Source: Botryllus schlosseri (lineage: Eukaryota). From it: 64,000 nucleotides of DNA. How positions within the stretch are numbered: position 1 is the stretch's first letter; the number at the start of each line of letters is the position of its first letter. The stretch covers positions 10,914,001 to 10,978,000 of the forward strand of contig CM119372.1 in assembly GCA_051294905.1 (NCBI GenBank), given 5' to 3'. The position numbers and the translations under genes are program-made. Of this stretch, positions 35,701 to 50,700 are shown piece after piece. The notes beneath the pieces are model-generated. The model was not told the DNA's origin, did no database searches, and saw only the letters and a list, made by a program, of their open reading frames with translations.

Positions 35701-38700
35701 TCGTCGGTAACAGTGACGAGTTGCTGTGAAAAATTGACGGCTATATCAAATCCTTTGACGGACATAAGACTTTTACTTACTTCTCCCTCCTCGCATTCCG
35801 GTGCTTCGGGGCAACATACTTGACCTTGGACAACATGTCCATCCGGTTGGCAAGTTGCGACCAGACAAGGATCAGCTTCGACACGCCATTGCTCTCCGAC
35901 CTTTCTTCCAATGTAGGACTCATCCAGACATACTGGACACTCGGATGCATCGACACATTTTCCATCAACGACAACCTGCAATGTTTAGTGCACGCATTAT
36001 TCTCTGCTGACACTGCTATCATAACTACAGTTTAATTGCAAAGAAATATAAATGTAAACCTGACTAACCTTGTCGTCACCACAGAAGCATCCCTCGCTAT
36101 TGAAGGCCACAGAGACACCGTTGTAAGTTTTGAAGTTTTCACAAGTCCTGGCAACATCTGGTCCGCACGCAGAATATGCAGCGCCCTCAACTTCGCATGT
36201 CGAGTACGCGCACAGTCTGGCACTTCTCCATTGTTGGCAAGTACCCGATTTGCTGCATTCAGTCGCATATGCGGCGAGAGCAGAACAGCCCGGCCAGCTC
36301 AAAGCGATTGTTTCTCCGTCAGCAGGCACGTCACAGCCCGCTGTAACTCTAGCACAAGTGTCCAAATACTCAGACGTGTCAACATCACAGCTTGAGAATG
36401 TTTGTCTGAAGATCTAAGAGAGATTCGTAAATTGTGCGCATTGCTCACGGAATGTTGAAAAGTGCATCAATATTTACCTTATTGCAGAAGTCTCTTGATT
36501 CCACGAGAGAGTCGTCGACACCCACCAAAGTATCGGTGAAGCATTCATCTCTTGGGTTCACCAACCAGTGATTGAAGAAGGTCTCGACAGAATCAGATTT
36601 CGAAATCGCCAGGCAATATCCTCCCATCCACAAGTCGTTTGCGGAATCAGCATCGGCCATACCGCAGAGACCCTCCGTCTTACCAGAGAATTTAGCTGGT
36701 ACCGTTATCTCCCAAACATCAGCACTGTTGTCATATTCAAACACGACACCGAGCTTCTTGAATGCAATCGATACTTTCGACGACACTCGGCTGATATCGA
36801 ACGCATTTCTGTTTCCATATAACTGTACATAAAATATTATGATTGTGATTTGCTTCATTGAAAACTGCTGTAATCATTCTACCTCCATATTGCTGCCCAA
36901 AGTGAGTACGCTTGACGACAATTTGTTATTTAAGTTGAAGGAGTCGGTGCAAATGCTGCCTGCATTGCCCGAGCAGTATTTTCTGTTCACAGAAATTTCG
37001 AAGTCCAGTCCGAATATATCTCTTGCTAAGACGTGCGTACACGGGCAAGATCTCGAGAAGCCAGTACCATCAAATGTGCTAATTCGAGCGCTGGCAGAGT
37101 ATCCGGTGCAAGTAACTAGAAAGGAATTTAGCATTATAACAAAATTTACGGTCGTCATTTCACGGAAAATCTGTAAACAATGGATCTCATTCTATGCCGT
37201 CTTCTTCGTGGGGTATCGGTGTGTTTACAAAACCATCTCCAATTGATATAATAAACAGGATATGCTTTTCAAACAATTTCAACCATGTATATTTTTAATA
37301 ATTTCAGCAACCAATTTGATCACTTGAAAACATTGCAAGGTGCGTTACTATGAAATGATAGGATCGGGTCGAGATGAGCAAAGAAGTCCATAGAATCAAC
37401 ACAGTCCTCCTCCGATTGTCTCTTTGTAAAATATATTCAATATATATCACAGATAACACTGATTGTAAGGACCTAAGCTTGTTGGATCTTGATTGCATGT
37501 GAAAAGAGCCTTTAATAAACTATCCGTCTCTTTCAAAAGGGGGTGGATCAAAAATTGCATGCTGGAAGGACCATCGACCAATGTCTCAAACATATTAGAT
37601 ACACTCACAGTCGCATACGTAAGAAGCGCAGCAGCCATTGACATCAAAGACAGCAGTTGGTTCTTTTCCATCTTGGCAAGTGTGAGTTGTTCTCGCGGCA
37701 CACTGTTTGGCTGAGCATATCTGGTTTTGATCTGATTTACATTCGCAAATCAAGCACGAGTCAGTAGCGTGCTCCCAACTGTCTCCAATGTTATGGAATG
37801 TTCCAGATTCGTCAGTGCATCCAAGTTCTGTCGAGTGAAACATTTATAGAACTGGATTCTGGCATATCAATGTGAAAAGTGAGATTAATCCACCGATGTA
37901 TACATCGGAAATATCTCAAAATTTTTGATACGTGGAAATCACAATAACTTACTTTGACAAGTATACACTGTGCAGCATTCTGAACATTCGGTGCTGACAA
38001 GTTTCTCTCCTGCGCCACATGTGACTGGGAGTGGGCATTTCTCTTTTTTACAGACTGAAAAGTACACATTTATTATATGATGAATTTGAATTGTACCCGT
38101 TTATATTCTAGAGTCTAGACAGTAGGCCTGTAGTCAAACATACATCTACATAGCAACTACGACTACCCGGTAACCCAGGCATTATGCAGAGACCGAACCT
38201 GAGCATAAGTACAATACAGTACTACTGATTTTACAAATTCCGATAGAAAAATGCTACATTGGTAGCAATGTAATATCAATATGATAGCTCATATTTACAA
38301 GTTATTGATACCTACAACAATATATCATCAATGCAACGTTAAAAAATAATATAAAGGCGAATACATACCACACTCATAGGTTGGACAGCATTCATCTGGA
38401 TTGGTGGCCACCACTTCTTCGTATTCATGTTCACAAGTTGGCGGTTCGGAGGCACATGATGACTTATCACACACTGAAAACACAACCAATTGGTGTTCAA
38501 TGTTCCCTGCCCTTAGAACCATGGTGACAAAAATCTCCATAGCTCGGCAATATCCAATGTACACTGTACAGTGTAGGCTATAATGGCTTATATTTGTGGA
38601 ATGAGGTTTGCAAGAATGACTGATACAACAATTAGAACACCTCCAAGAAGCTGTTCAATTAGAAAACATATATGATTGAGTACTGCCCTTCTGGGGGTTC

Positions 38701-41700
38701 TCTCCAAATATCAACCTTGCGCTTATCCTAACTGGTTCAGATCTCACATTGATGAAAAATGAAGGTTTGCAAATCGCAATAATTTTGAATTTTGTGGTGC
38801 ATTAGGAGTTCAAAGTTACATGAGAGGTTGAAAATCACATATGTAGACAATGTATGCAACTGTTCATCGGTGATCAGTTTTCAATTGGTACAGCTTGTCA
38901 GGATGGAGTATTCCCAATATAGCTATTATTAGGGCTAATAACACAATTTTAAATTAGACTAAAGACAAACACACATACCACATTCGTAAGATGAGCAGCA
39001 CGTATCAGCTTTCTGAACAAGCATTTCATTGTCGCCACAAGATGGCACTTCCTGGGCAGCACATTCCATTTCTTGACATTGGGATCCCTGAGATGTGCAT
39101 GTGCATTCCTCACAGGTGTCCTCACATACCCATGTTTCACCGAACTGTGATTTATAGAGAGTTACAACAAGATAATGTGACCATTTTATTTCTGCTCGTT
39201 CGTAATATTTAATTAGAGATTACGGAATAGTAGAACCCTTTCAAGGGGAAATTTGATCAAAAATTGTACTCAACATTTACCTCACGGCCTACGCTATTGG
39301 AGTCAATGCAATCTCGAGCCGGCTCACAAACAGGGCAGCAGGAACCAACAGGATAAGAGAGACTTTCTCCAGTCGGGCACTCATTCACTTCGCAAATTTC
39401 AGCAGTGCACTTGACTTCACCGCCAATACAAATGCAATTTTCGCATCCTGCATTTTCTCTCCACACAGACCCGGTCTAAAAATATAAATATTTGAAAGTA
39501 TTGCAAAATACAAGATATGAAGAGAACTTACAGATCGCCTGACTCCATCCCTGATACATGGGCAATCTTGAGCAAACACGCAAGTGTAGCCATCAAAGTA
39601 CTTATCTGCTGGACACTGAGAGTCAGGAATGATTGTAACCCCTGGGCAGATGCCTTCTGATCCAACAACAGCAGTGGCTTTGGCAGCATTCGAAGCCAAA
39701 AGCATATATTTTCCAGTTGCCAAAGAAATATAATCTGAGCCTCTTCCAGATTTGGATGTATCAATGCCAATATCAACAGCTGAATCGACGCCTGCATCGG
39801 CAGAAACATCTTGATCCGATTTGATATTTACGTCAGTATTCATATGTCCATGCGGTCCTGATCCAAACTCGAATTTGAACATAGAATCTCCGAGTAGAAT
39901 AGAAGCCCCAGAAAAGCTATTGGCATGTGCTAATGCTCCACCGCCTCTGACACATTTCTTGACAGGACAGCATGAATGATCATCTACTACCATGCGTTTG
40001 TATTTCGGTGGGCATTGAGCATCACCAAAGGAAGGACATTTGGTAGGATTGCATAAGCACTCATAAGATGCGCAGCAGGAGTCTTTTGACACATGATTGA
40101 GATCCTCGAAGTATTCACACACAGGTGCGGAATGTTCGCATTGCTCTGGATCACAGTCGCTCTTCACTACTCTATGAATGTAGCAACAATCATCAGCCTT
40201 TTCAGATATAACTTTATATCCGATGGGCGCGGATGGATAAGGATCACATTCCTGTTTTTGATTTCTGAAAATAGGAAGGTAATATGTAAAAAAAAGGTAG
40301 GACTGATGAAAATATTATGATGTTAAACTTACTTGATTTCATTTGATTCAGTACATGCAGATACAATACATGGATCCCCATTGCAATACCAGGTTTCTCC
40401 GAAGCTGCGTTCTCTTCCAGTTTCATCTACACATACACTTTGTCCAATTTCGATGGAAATATCATTGTCAAGAGAAACATCAGCTTCAGCTTGGACATTG
40501 TTATCAACGGAAATTGCCACATCAACACCATGGTCGCCAGAATGATCACCGTCCATATTGACGCCGAGTCCCATTGGGCCCATGCCGAATTGGAATCCGT
40601 TGTTTGCGTTGGCGTCTGCAATAGCATCACCGCTTCCGTAGTGAGGTCCTCCGGTTGCGATTGATTTAGCAGCCGCTTTGTTTCCGAGGTTAAGGTTAAT
40701 TCCGCCCATACCCATGTTTGCGAAGAGGTCGCCGTATTGTCCTTTGCCTCCGTCGGTGGTGACATCAACTGCAAGATCGCTATCGACGTGTGCGTCAGCG
40801 ATGGCGAGAGTGTTGTCTGCTACATCGACTTCGACGCCGTGACCGCCAGAATGATCACCGTCCACATTGACGCCGAGTCCCATTGGGCCCATGGCGAATT
40901 GGAATCCGTTGTTTGCGTTGGCGTGTGCAATAGCATCACCGCTTCCGTAGTGAGGTCCTCCGGTTGCGATTGCTTTAGCAGCGGCGTTGTTTCCGAAGTT
41001 AAGGTTAATTCCGCCCATACCCATGTTTGCGAAGAGGTCGCCGTATTGTCCTTTGCCTCCGTCGGTGGTGACATCAACTGCAAGATCGCTATCGACGTGT
41101 GCGTCAGCGATGGCGAGAGTGTTGTCTGCTACATCGACTTCGACGCCGTGACCGCCAGAATGATCACCGTCCACATTGACGCCGAGTCCCATTGGGCCCA
41201 TGGCGAATTGGAATCCGTTGTTTGCGTTGGCGTGTGCAATAGCATCACCGCTTCCGTAGTGAGGTCCTCCGGTTGCGATTGCTTTAGCAGCGGCGTTGTT
41301 TCCGAAGTTAAGGTTAATTCCGCCCATACCCATGTTTGCGAAGAGGTCGCCGTATTGTCCTTTGCCTCCGTCGGTGGTGACATCAACTGCAAGATCGCTA
41401 TCGACGTGTGCGTCAGCGATGGCGAGAGTGTTGTCTGCTACATCGACTTCGACGCCGTGATCGCCTGAATGATCACCGTCCACATTGACGCCGAGTCCCA
41501 TTGGGCCCATGGCGAATTGGAATCCGTTGTTTGCGTTGGCGTGTGCAATAGCATCACCGCTTCCGTAGTGAGGTCCTCCGGTTGCGATTGCTTTAGCAGC
41601 GGCGTTGTTTCCGAAGTTAAGGTTAATTCCGCCCATACCCATGTTTGCGAAGAGGTCGCCGTATTGTCCTTTGCCTCCGTCGGTGGTGACATCAACTGCA

Positions 41701-44700
41701 AGATCGCTATCGACGTGTGCGTCAGCGATGGCGAGAGTGTTGTCTGCTACATCGACTTCGACGCCGTGACCGCCAGAATGATCACCGTCCACATTGACGC
41801 CGAGTCCCATTGGGCCCATGGCGAATTGGAATCCGTTGTTTGCGTTGGCGTGTGCAATAGCATCACCGCTTCCGTAGTGAGGTCCTCCGGTTGCGATTGC
41901 TTTAGCAGCGGCGTTGTTTCCGAAGTTAAGGTTAATTCCGCCCATACCCATGTTTGCGAAGAGGTCGCCGTATTGTCCTTTGCCTCCTTCGGTGGTGACA
42001 TCAACTGCAAGATCGCTATCGACGTGTGCGTCAGCGATGGCGAGAGTGTTGTCTGCTACATCGACTTCGACGCCGTGACCGCCAGAATGATCACCGTCCA
42101 CATTGACGCCGAGTCCCATTGGGCCCATGGCGAATTGGAATCCGTTGTTTGCGTTGGCGTGTGCAATAGCATCACCGCTTCCGTAGTGAGGTCCTCCGGT
42201 TGCGATTGCTTTAGCAGCGGCGTTGTTTCCGAAGTTAAGGTTAATTCCGCCCATACCCATGTTTGCGAAGAGGTCGCCGTATTGTCCTTTGCCTCCGTCG
42301 GTGGTGACATCAACTGCAAGATCGCTATCGACGTGTGCGTCAGCGATGGCGAGAGTGTTGTCTGCTACATCGACTTCGACGCCGTGACCGCCAGAATGAT
42401 CACCGTCCACATTGACGCCGAGTCCCATTGGGCCCATGGCGAATTGGAATCCGTTGTTTGCGTTGGCGTGTGCAATAGCATCACCGCTTCCGTAGTGAGG
42501 TCCTCCGGTTGCGATTGCTTTAGCAGCGGCGTTGTTTCCGAAGTTAAGGTGAATTCCGCCCATACCCATGTTTGCGAAGAGGTCGCCGTATTGTCCTTTG
42601 CCTCCGTCGGTGGTGACATCAACTGCAAGATCGCTATCGACGTGTGCGTCAGCGATGGCGAGAGTGTTGTCTGCTACATCGACTTCGACGCCGTGACCGC
42701 CAGAATGATCACCGTCCACATTGACGCCGAGTCCCATTGGGCCCATGGCGAATTGGAATCCGTTGTTTGCGTTGGCGTGTGCAATAGCATCACCGCTTCC
42801 GTAGTGAGGTCCTCCGGTTGCGATTGCTTTAGCAGCGGCGTTGTTTCCGAAGTTAAGGTTAATTCCGCCCATACCCATGTTTGCGAAGAGGTCGCCGTAT
42901 TGTCCTTTGCCTCCGTCGGTGGTGACATCAACTGCAAGATCGCTATCGACGTGTGCGTCAGCGATGGCGAGAGTGTTGTCTGCTACATCGACTTCGACGC
43001 CGTGACCGCCAGAATGATCACCGTCCACATTGACGCCGAGTCCCATTGGGCCCATGGCGAATTGGAATCCGTTGTTTGCGTTGGCGTGTGCAATAGCATC
43101 ACCGCTTCCGTAGTGAGGTCTTCCTGTTGCGATTGCTTTAGCAGCGGCGTTGTTTCCGAAGTTAAGGTTAATTCCGCCCATACCCATGTTTGCGAAGAGG
43201 TCGCCGTATTGTCCTTTGCCTCCGTCGGTGGTGACATCAACTGCAAGATCGCTATCGACGTGTGCGTCAGCGATGGCGAGAGTGTTGTCTGCTACATCGA
43301 CTTCGACGCCGTGATCGCCAGAATGATCACCGTCCACATTGACGCCGAGTCCCATTGGGCCCATGGCGAATTGGAATCCGTTGTTTGCGTTGGCGTGTGC
43401 AATAGCATCACCGCTTCCGTAGTGAGGTCCTCCGGTTGCGATTGCTTTAGCAGCGGCGTTGTTTCCGAAGTTAAGGTTAATTCCGCCCATACCCATGTTT
43501 GCGAAGAGGTCGCCGTATTGTCCTTTGCCTCCGTCGGTGGTGACATCAACTGCAAGATCGCTATCGACGTGTGCGTCAGCGATGGCGAGAGTGTTGTCTG
43601 CTACATCGACTTCGACGCCGTGACCGCCAGAATGATCACCGTCCACATTGACGCCGAGTCCCATTGGGCCCATGGCGAATTGGAATCCGTTGTTTGCGTT
43701 GGCGTGTGCAATAGCATCACCGCTTCCGTAGTGAGGTCCTCCGGTTGCGATTGCTTTAGCAGCGGCGTTGTTTCCGAAGTTAAGGTTAATTCCGCCCATA
43801 CCCATGTTTGCGAAGAGGTCGCCGTATTGTCCTTTGCCTCCGTCGGTGGTGACATCAACTGCAAGATCGCTATCGACGTGTGCGTCAGCGATGGCGAGAG
43901 TGTTGTCTGCTACATCGACTTCGACGCCGTGATCGCCTGAATGATCACCGTCCACATTGACGCCGAGTCCCATTGGGCCCATGGCGAATTGGAATCCGTT
44001 GTTTGCGTTGGCGTGTGCAATAGCATCACCGCTTCCGTAGTGAGGTCCTCCGGTTGCGATTGCTTTAGCAGCGGCGTTGTTTCCGAAGTTAAGGTTAATT
44101 CCGCCCATACCCATGTTTGCGAAGAGGTCGCCGTATTGTCCTTTGCCTCCGTCGGCGGTGACATCAACTGCAAGATCGCTATCGACGTGTGCGTCAGCGA
44201 TGGCGAGAGTGTTGTCTGCTACATCGACTTCGACGCCGTGACCGCCAGAATGATCACCGTCCACATTGACGCCGAGTCCCATTGGGCCCATGGCGAATTG
44301 GAATCCGTTGTTTGCGTTGGCGTGTGCAATAGCATCACCGCTTCCGTAGTGAGGTCCTCCGGTTGCGATTGCTTTAGCAGCGGCGTTGTTTCCGAAGTTA
44401 AGGTTAATTCCGCCCATACCCATGTTTGCGAAGAGGTCGCCGTATTGTCCTTTGCCTCCGTCGGTGGTGACATCAACTGCAAGATCACTATCGACGTGTG
44501 CGTCAGCGATGGCGAGAGTGTTGTCTGCTACATCGACTTCGACGCCGTGACCGCCAGAATGATCACCGTCCACATTGACGCCGAGTCCCATTGGGCCCAT
44601 GGCGAATTGGAATCCGTTGTTTGCGTTGGCGTGTGCAATAGCATCACCGCTTCCGTAGTGAGGTCCTCCGGTTGCGATTGCTTTAGCAGCGGCGTTGTTT

Positions 44701-47700
44701 CCGAAGTTAAGGTTAATTCCGCCCATACCCATGTTTGCGAAGAGGTCGCCGTATTGTCCTTTGCCTCCGTCGGTGGTGACATCAACTGCAAGATCGCTAT
44801 CGACGTGTGCGTCAGCGATGGCGAGAGTGTTGTCTGCTACATCGACTTCGACGCCGTGACCGCCAGAATGATCACCGTCCACATTGACGCCGAGTCCCAT
44901 TGGGCCCATGGCGAATTGGAATCCGTTGTTTGCGTTGGCGTGTGCAATAGCATCACCGCTTCCGTAGTGAGGTCCTCCGGTTGCGATTGCTTTAGCAGCG
45001 GCGTTGTTTCCGAAGTTAAGGTTAATTCCGCCCATACCCATGTTTGCGAAGAGGTCGCCGTATTGTCCTTTGCCTCCGTCGGTGGTGACATCAACTGCAA
45101 GATCGCTATCGACGTGTGCGTCAGCGATGGCGAGAGTGTTGTCTGCTACATCGACTTCGACGCCGTGATCGCCTGAATGATCACCGTCCACATTGACGCC
45201 GAGTCCCATTGGGCCCATGGCGAATTGGAATCCGTTGTTTGCGTTGGCGTGTGCAATAGCATCACCGCTTCCGTAGTGAGGTCCTCCGGTTGCGATTGCT
45301 TTAGCAGCGGCGTTGTTTCCGAAGTTAAGGTTAATTCCGCCCATACCCATGTTTGCGAAGAGGTCGCCGTATTGTCCTTTGCCTCCGTCGGTGGTGACAT
45401 CAACTGCAAGATCGCTATCGACGTGTGCGTCAGCGATGGCGAGAGTGTTGTCTGCTACATCGACTTCGACGCCGTGACCGCCAGAATGATCACCGTCCAC
45501 ATTGACGCCGAGTCCCATTGGGCCCATGGCGAATTGGAATCCGTTGTTTGCGTTGGCGTGTGCAATAGCATCACCGCTTCCGTAGTGAGGTCCTCCGGTT
45601 GCGATTGCTTTAGCAGCGGCGTTGTTTCCGAAGTTAAGGTTAATTCCGCCCATACCCATGTTTGCGAAGAGGTCGCCGTATTGTCCTTTGCCTCCTTCGG
45701 TGGTGACATCAACTGCAAGATCGCTATCGACGTGTGCGTCAGCGATGGCGAGAGTGTTGTCTGCTACATCGACTTCGACGCCGTGACCGCCAGAATGATC
45801 ACCGTCCACATTGACGCCGAGTCCCATTGGGCCCATGGCGAATTGGAATCCGTTGTTTGCGTTGGCGTGTGCAATAGCATCACCGCTTCCGTAGTGAGGT
45901 CCTCCGGTTGCGATTGCTTTAGCAGCGGCGTTGTTTCCGAAGTTAAGGTTAATTCCGCCCATACCCATGTTTGCGAAGAGGTCGCCGTATTGTCCTTTGC
46001 CTCCGTCGGTGGTGACATCAACTGCAAGATCGCTATCGACGTGTGCGTCAGCGATGGCGAGAGTGTTGTCTGCTACATCGACTTCGACGCCGTGACCGCC
46101 AGAATGATCACCGTCCACATTGACGCCGAGTCCCATTGGGCCCATGGCGAATTGGAATCCGTTGTTTGCGTTGGCGTGTGCAATAGCATCACCGCTTCCG
46201 TAGTGAGGTCCTCCGGTTGCGATTGCTTTAGCAGCGGCGTTGTTTCCGAAGTTAAGGTGAATTCCGCCCATACCCATGTTTGCGAAGAGGTCGCCGTATT
46301 GTCCTTTGCCTCCGTCGGTGGTGACATCAACTGCAAGATCGCTATCGACGTGTGCGTCAGCGATGGCGAGAGTGTTGTCTGCTACATCGACTTCGACGCC
46401 GTGACCGCCAGAATGATCACCGTCCACATTGACGCCGAGTCCCATTGGGCCCATGGCGAATTGGAATCCGTTGTTTGCGTTGGCGTGTGCAATAGCATCA
46501 CCGCTTCCGTAGTGAGGTCCTCCGGTTGCGATTGCTTTAGCAGCGGCGTTGTTTCCGAAGTTAAGGTTAATTCCGCCCATACCCATGTTTGCGAAGAGGT
46601 CGCCGTATTGTCCTTTGCCTCCGTCGGTGGTGACATCAACTGCAAGATCGCTATCGACGTGTGCGTCAGCGATGGCGAGAGTGTTGTCTGCTACATCGAC
46701 TTCGACGCCGTGACCGCCAGAATGATCACCGTCCACATTGACGCCGAGTCCCATTGGGCCCATGGCGAATTGGAATCCGTTGTTTGCGTTGGCGTGTGCA
46801 ATAGCATCACCGCTTCCGTAGTGAGGTCCTCCGGTTGCGATTGCTTTAGCAGCGGCGTTGTTTCCGAAGTTAAGGTTAATTCCGCCCATACCCATGTTTG
46901 CGAAGAGGTCGCCGTATTGTCCTTTGCCTCCGTCGGTGGTGACATCAACTGCAAGATCGCTATCGACGTGTGCGTCAGCGATGGCGAGAGTGTTGTCTGC
47001 TACATCGACTTCGACGCCGTGACCGCCAGAATGATCACCGTCCACATTGACGCCGAGTCCCATTGGGCCCATGGCGAATTGGAATCCGTTGTTTGCGTTG
47101 GCGTGTGCAATAGCATCACCGCTTCCGTAGTGAGGTCCTCCGGTTGCGATTGCTTTAGCAGCGGCGTTGTTTCCGAAGTTAAGGTTAATTCCGCCCATAC
47201 CCATGTTTGCGAAGAGGTCGCCGTATTGTCCTTTGCCTCCGTCGGTGGTGACATCAACTGCAAGATCGCTATCGACGTGTGCGTCAGCGATGGCGAGAGT
47301 GTTGTCTGCTACATCGACTTCGACGCCGTGACCGCCAGAATGATCACCGTCCACATTGACGCCGAGTCCCATCGGGCCCATGGCGAATTGGAATCCGTTG
47401 TTTGCGTTGGCGTGTGCAATAGCATCACCGCTTCCGTAGTGAGGTCCTCCGGTTGCGATTGCTTTAGCAGCGGCATTGTTTCCGAAGTTAAGGTTAATTC
47501 CGCCCATACCCATGTTTGCGAAGAGGTCGCCGTATTGTCCTTTGCCTCCGTCGGTGGTGACATCAACTGCAAGATCGCTATCGACGTGTGCGTCAGCGAT
47601 GGCGAGAGTGTTGTCTGCTACATCGACTTCGACGCCGTGACCGCCAGAATGATCACCGTCCACATTGACGCCGAGTCCCATTGGGCCCATGGCGAATTGG

Positions 47701-50700
47701 AATCCGTTGTTTGCGTTGGCGTGTGCAATAGCATCACCGCTTCCGTAGTGAGGTCCTCCGGTTGCGATTGCTTTAGCAGCGGCGTTGTTTCCGAAGTTAA
47801 GGTTAATTCCGCCCATACCCATGTTTGCGAAGAGGTCGCCGTATTGTCCTTTGCCTCCGTCGGTGGTGACATCAACTGCAAGATCGCTATCGACGTGTGC
47901 GTCAGCGATGGCGAGAGTGTTGTCTGCTACATCGACTTCGACGCCGTGACCGCCAGAATGATCACCGTCCACATTGACGCCGAGTCCCATTGGGCCCATG
48001 GCGAATTGGAATCCGTTGTTTGCGTTGGCGTGTGCAATAGCATCACCGCTTCCGTAGTGAGGTCCTCCGGTTGCGATTGCTTTAGCAGCGGCGTTGTTTC
48101 CGAAGTTAAGGTTAATTCCGCCCATACCCATGTTTGCGAAGAGGTCGCCGTATTGTCCTTTGCCTCCGTCGGTGGTGACATCAACTGCAAGATCGCTATC
48201 GACGTGTACGTCAGCGATGGCGAGAGTGTTGTCTGCTACATCGACTTCGACGCCGTGACCGCCAGAATGATCACCGTCCACATTGACGCCGAGTCCCATT
48301 GGGCCCATGGCGAATTGGAATCCGTTGTTTGCGTTGGCGTGTGCAATAGCATCACCGCTTCCGTAGTGAGGTCCTCCGGTAGCGATTGCTTTAGCAGCGG
48401 CGTTGTTTCGGAAGTTAAGGTTAATTCCGCCCATACCCATGTTTGCGAAGAGGTCGCCGTATTGTCCTTTGCCTCCGTCGGTGGTGACATCAACTGCAAG
48501 ATCGCTATCGACGTGTGCGTCAGCGATGGCGAGAGTGTTGTCTGCTACATCGACTTCGACGCCGTGACCGCCAGAATGATCACCGTCCACATTGACGCCG
48601 AGTCCCATTGGGCCCATGGCGAATTGGAATCCGTTGTTTGCGTTGGCGTGTGCAATAGCATCACCGCTTCCGTAGTGAGGTCCTCCGGTTGCGATTGCTT
48701 TAGCAGCGGCGTTGTTTCCGAAGTTAAGGTTAATTCCGCCCATACCCATGTTTGCGAAGAGGTCGCCGTATTGTCCTTTGCCTCCGTCGGTGGTGACATC
48801 AACTGCAAGATCGCTATCGACGTGTGCGTCAGCGATGGCGAGAGTGTTGTCTGCTACATCGACTTCGACGCCGTGACCGCCAGAATGATCACCGTCCACA
48901 TTGACGCCGAGTCCCATTGGGCCCATGGCGAATTGGAATCCGTTGTTTGCGTTGGCGTGTGCAATAGCATCACCGCTTCCGTAGTGAGGTCCTCCGGTTG
49001 CGATTGCTTTAGCAGCGGCGTTGTTTCCGAAGTTAAGGTTAATTCCGCCCATACCCATGTTTGCGAAGAGGTCGCCGTATTGTCCTTTGCCTCCGTCGGT
49101 GGTGACATCAACTGCAAGATCGCTATCGACGTGTGCGTCAGCGATGGCGAGAGTGTTGTCTGCTACATCGACTTCGACGCCGTGACCGCCAGAATGATCA
49201 CCGTCCACATTGACGCCGAGTCCCATTGGGCCCATGGCGAATTGGAATCCGTTGTTTGCGTTGGCGTGTGCAATAGCATCACCGCTTCCGTAGTGAGGTC
49301 CTCCGGTTGCGATTGCTTTAGCAGCGGCGTTGTTTCCGAAGTTAAGGTTAATTCCGCCCATACCCATGTTTGCGAAGAGGTCGCCGTATTGTCCTTTGCC
49401 TCCGTCGGTGGTGACATCAACTGCAAGATCGCTATCGACGTGTGCGTCAGCGATGGCGAGAGTGTTGTCTGCTACATCGACTTCGACGCCGTGACCGCCA
49501 GAATGATCACCGTCCACATTGACGCCGAGTCCCATTGGGCCCATGGCGAATTGGAATCCGTTGTTTGCGTTGGCGTGTGCAATAGCATCACCGCTTCCGT
49601 AGTGAGGTCCTCCGGTTGCGATTGCTTTAGCAGCGGCGTTGTTTCCGAAGTTAAGGTTAATTCCGCCCATACCCATGTTTGCGAAGAGGTCGCCGTATTG
49701 TCCTTTGCCTCCGTCGGTGGTGACATCAACTGCAAGATCGCTATCGACGTGTGCGTCAGCGATGGCGAGAGTGTTGTCTGCTACATCGACTTCGACGCCG
49801 TGACCGCCAGAATGATCACCGTCCACATTGACGCCGAGTCCCATTGGGCCCATGGCGAATTGGAATCCGTTGTTTGCGTTGGCGTGTGCAATAGCATCAC
49901 CGCTTCCGTAGTGAGGTCCTCCGGTTGCGATTGCTTTAGCAGCGGCGTTGTTTCCGAAGTTAAGGTTAATTCCGCCCATAACCATGTTTGCGAAGAGGTC
50001 GCCGTATTGTCCTTTGCCTCCGTCGGTGGTGACATCAACTGCAAGATCGCTATCGACGTGTGCGTCAGCGATGGCGAGAGTGTTGTCTGCTACATCGACT
50101 TCGACGCCGTGACCGCCAGAATGATCACCGTCCACATTGACGCCGAGTCCCATTGGGCCCATGGCGAATTGGAATCCGTTGTTTGCGTTGGCGTGTGCAA
50201 TAGCATCACCGCTTCCGTAGTGAGGTCCTCCGGTTGCGATTGCTTTAGCAGCGGCGTTGTTTCCGAAGTTAAGGTTAATTCCGCCCATACCCATGTTTGC
50301 GAAGAGGTCGCCGTATTGTCCTTTGCCTCCGTCGGTGGTGACATCAACTGCAAGATCGCTATCGACGTGTGCGTCAGCGATGGCGAGAGTGTTGTCTGCT
50401 ACATCGACTTCGACGCCCTGACCGCCAGAATGATCACCGTCCACATTGACGCCGAGCCCCATTGGGCCCATGGCGAATTGGAATCCGTTGTTTGCGTTGG
50501 CGTGTGCAATAGCATCACCGCTTCCGTAGTGAGGTCCTCCGGTTGCGATTGCTTTAGCAGCGGCGTTGTTTCCGAAGTTAAGGTTAATTCCGCCCATACC
50601 CATGTTTGCGAAGAGGTCGCCGTATTGTCCTTTGCCTCCGTCGGTGGTGACATCAACTGCAAGATCGCTATCGACGTGTGCGTCAGCGATGGCGAGAGTG

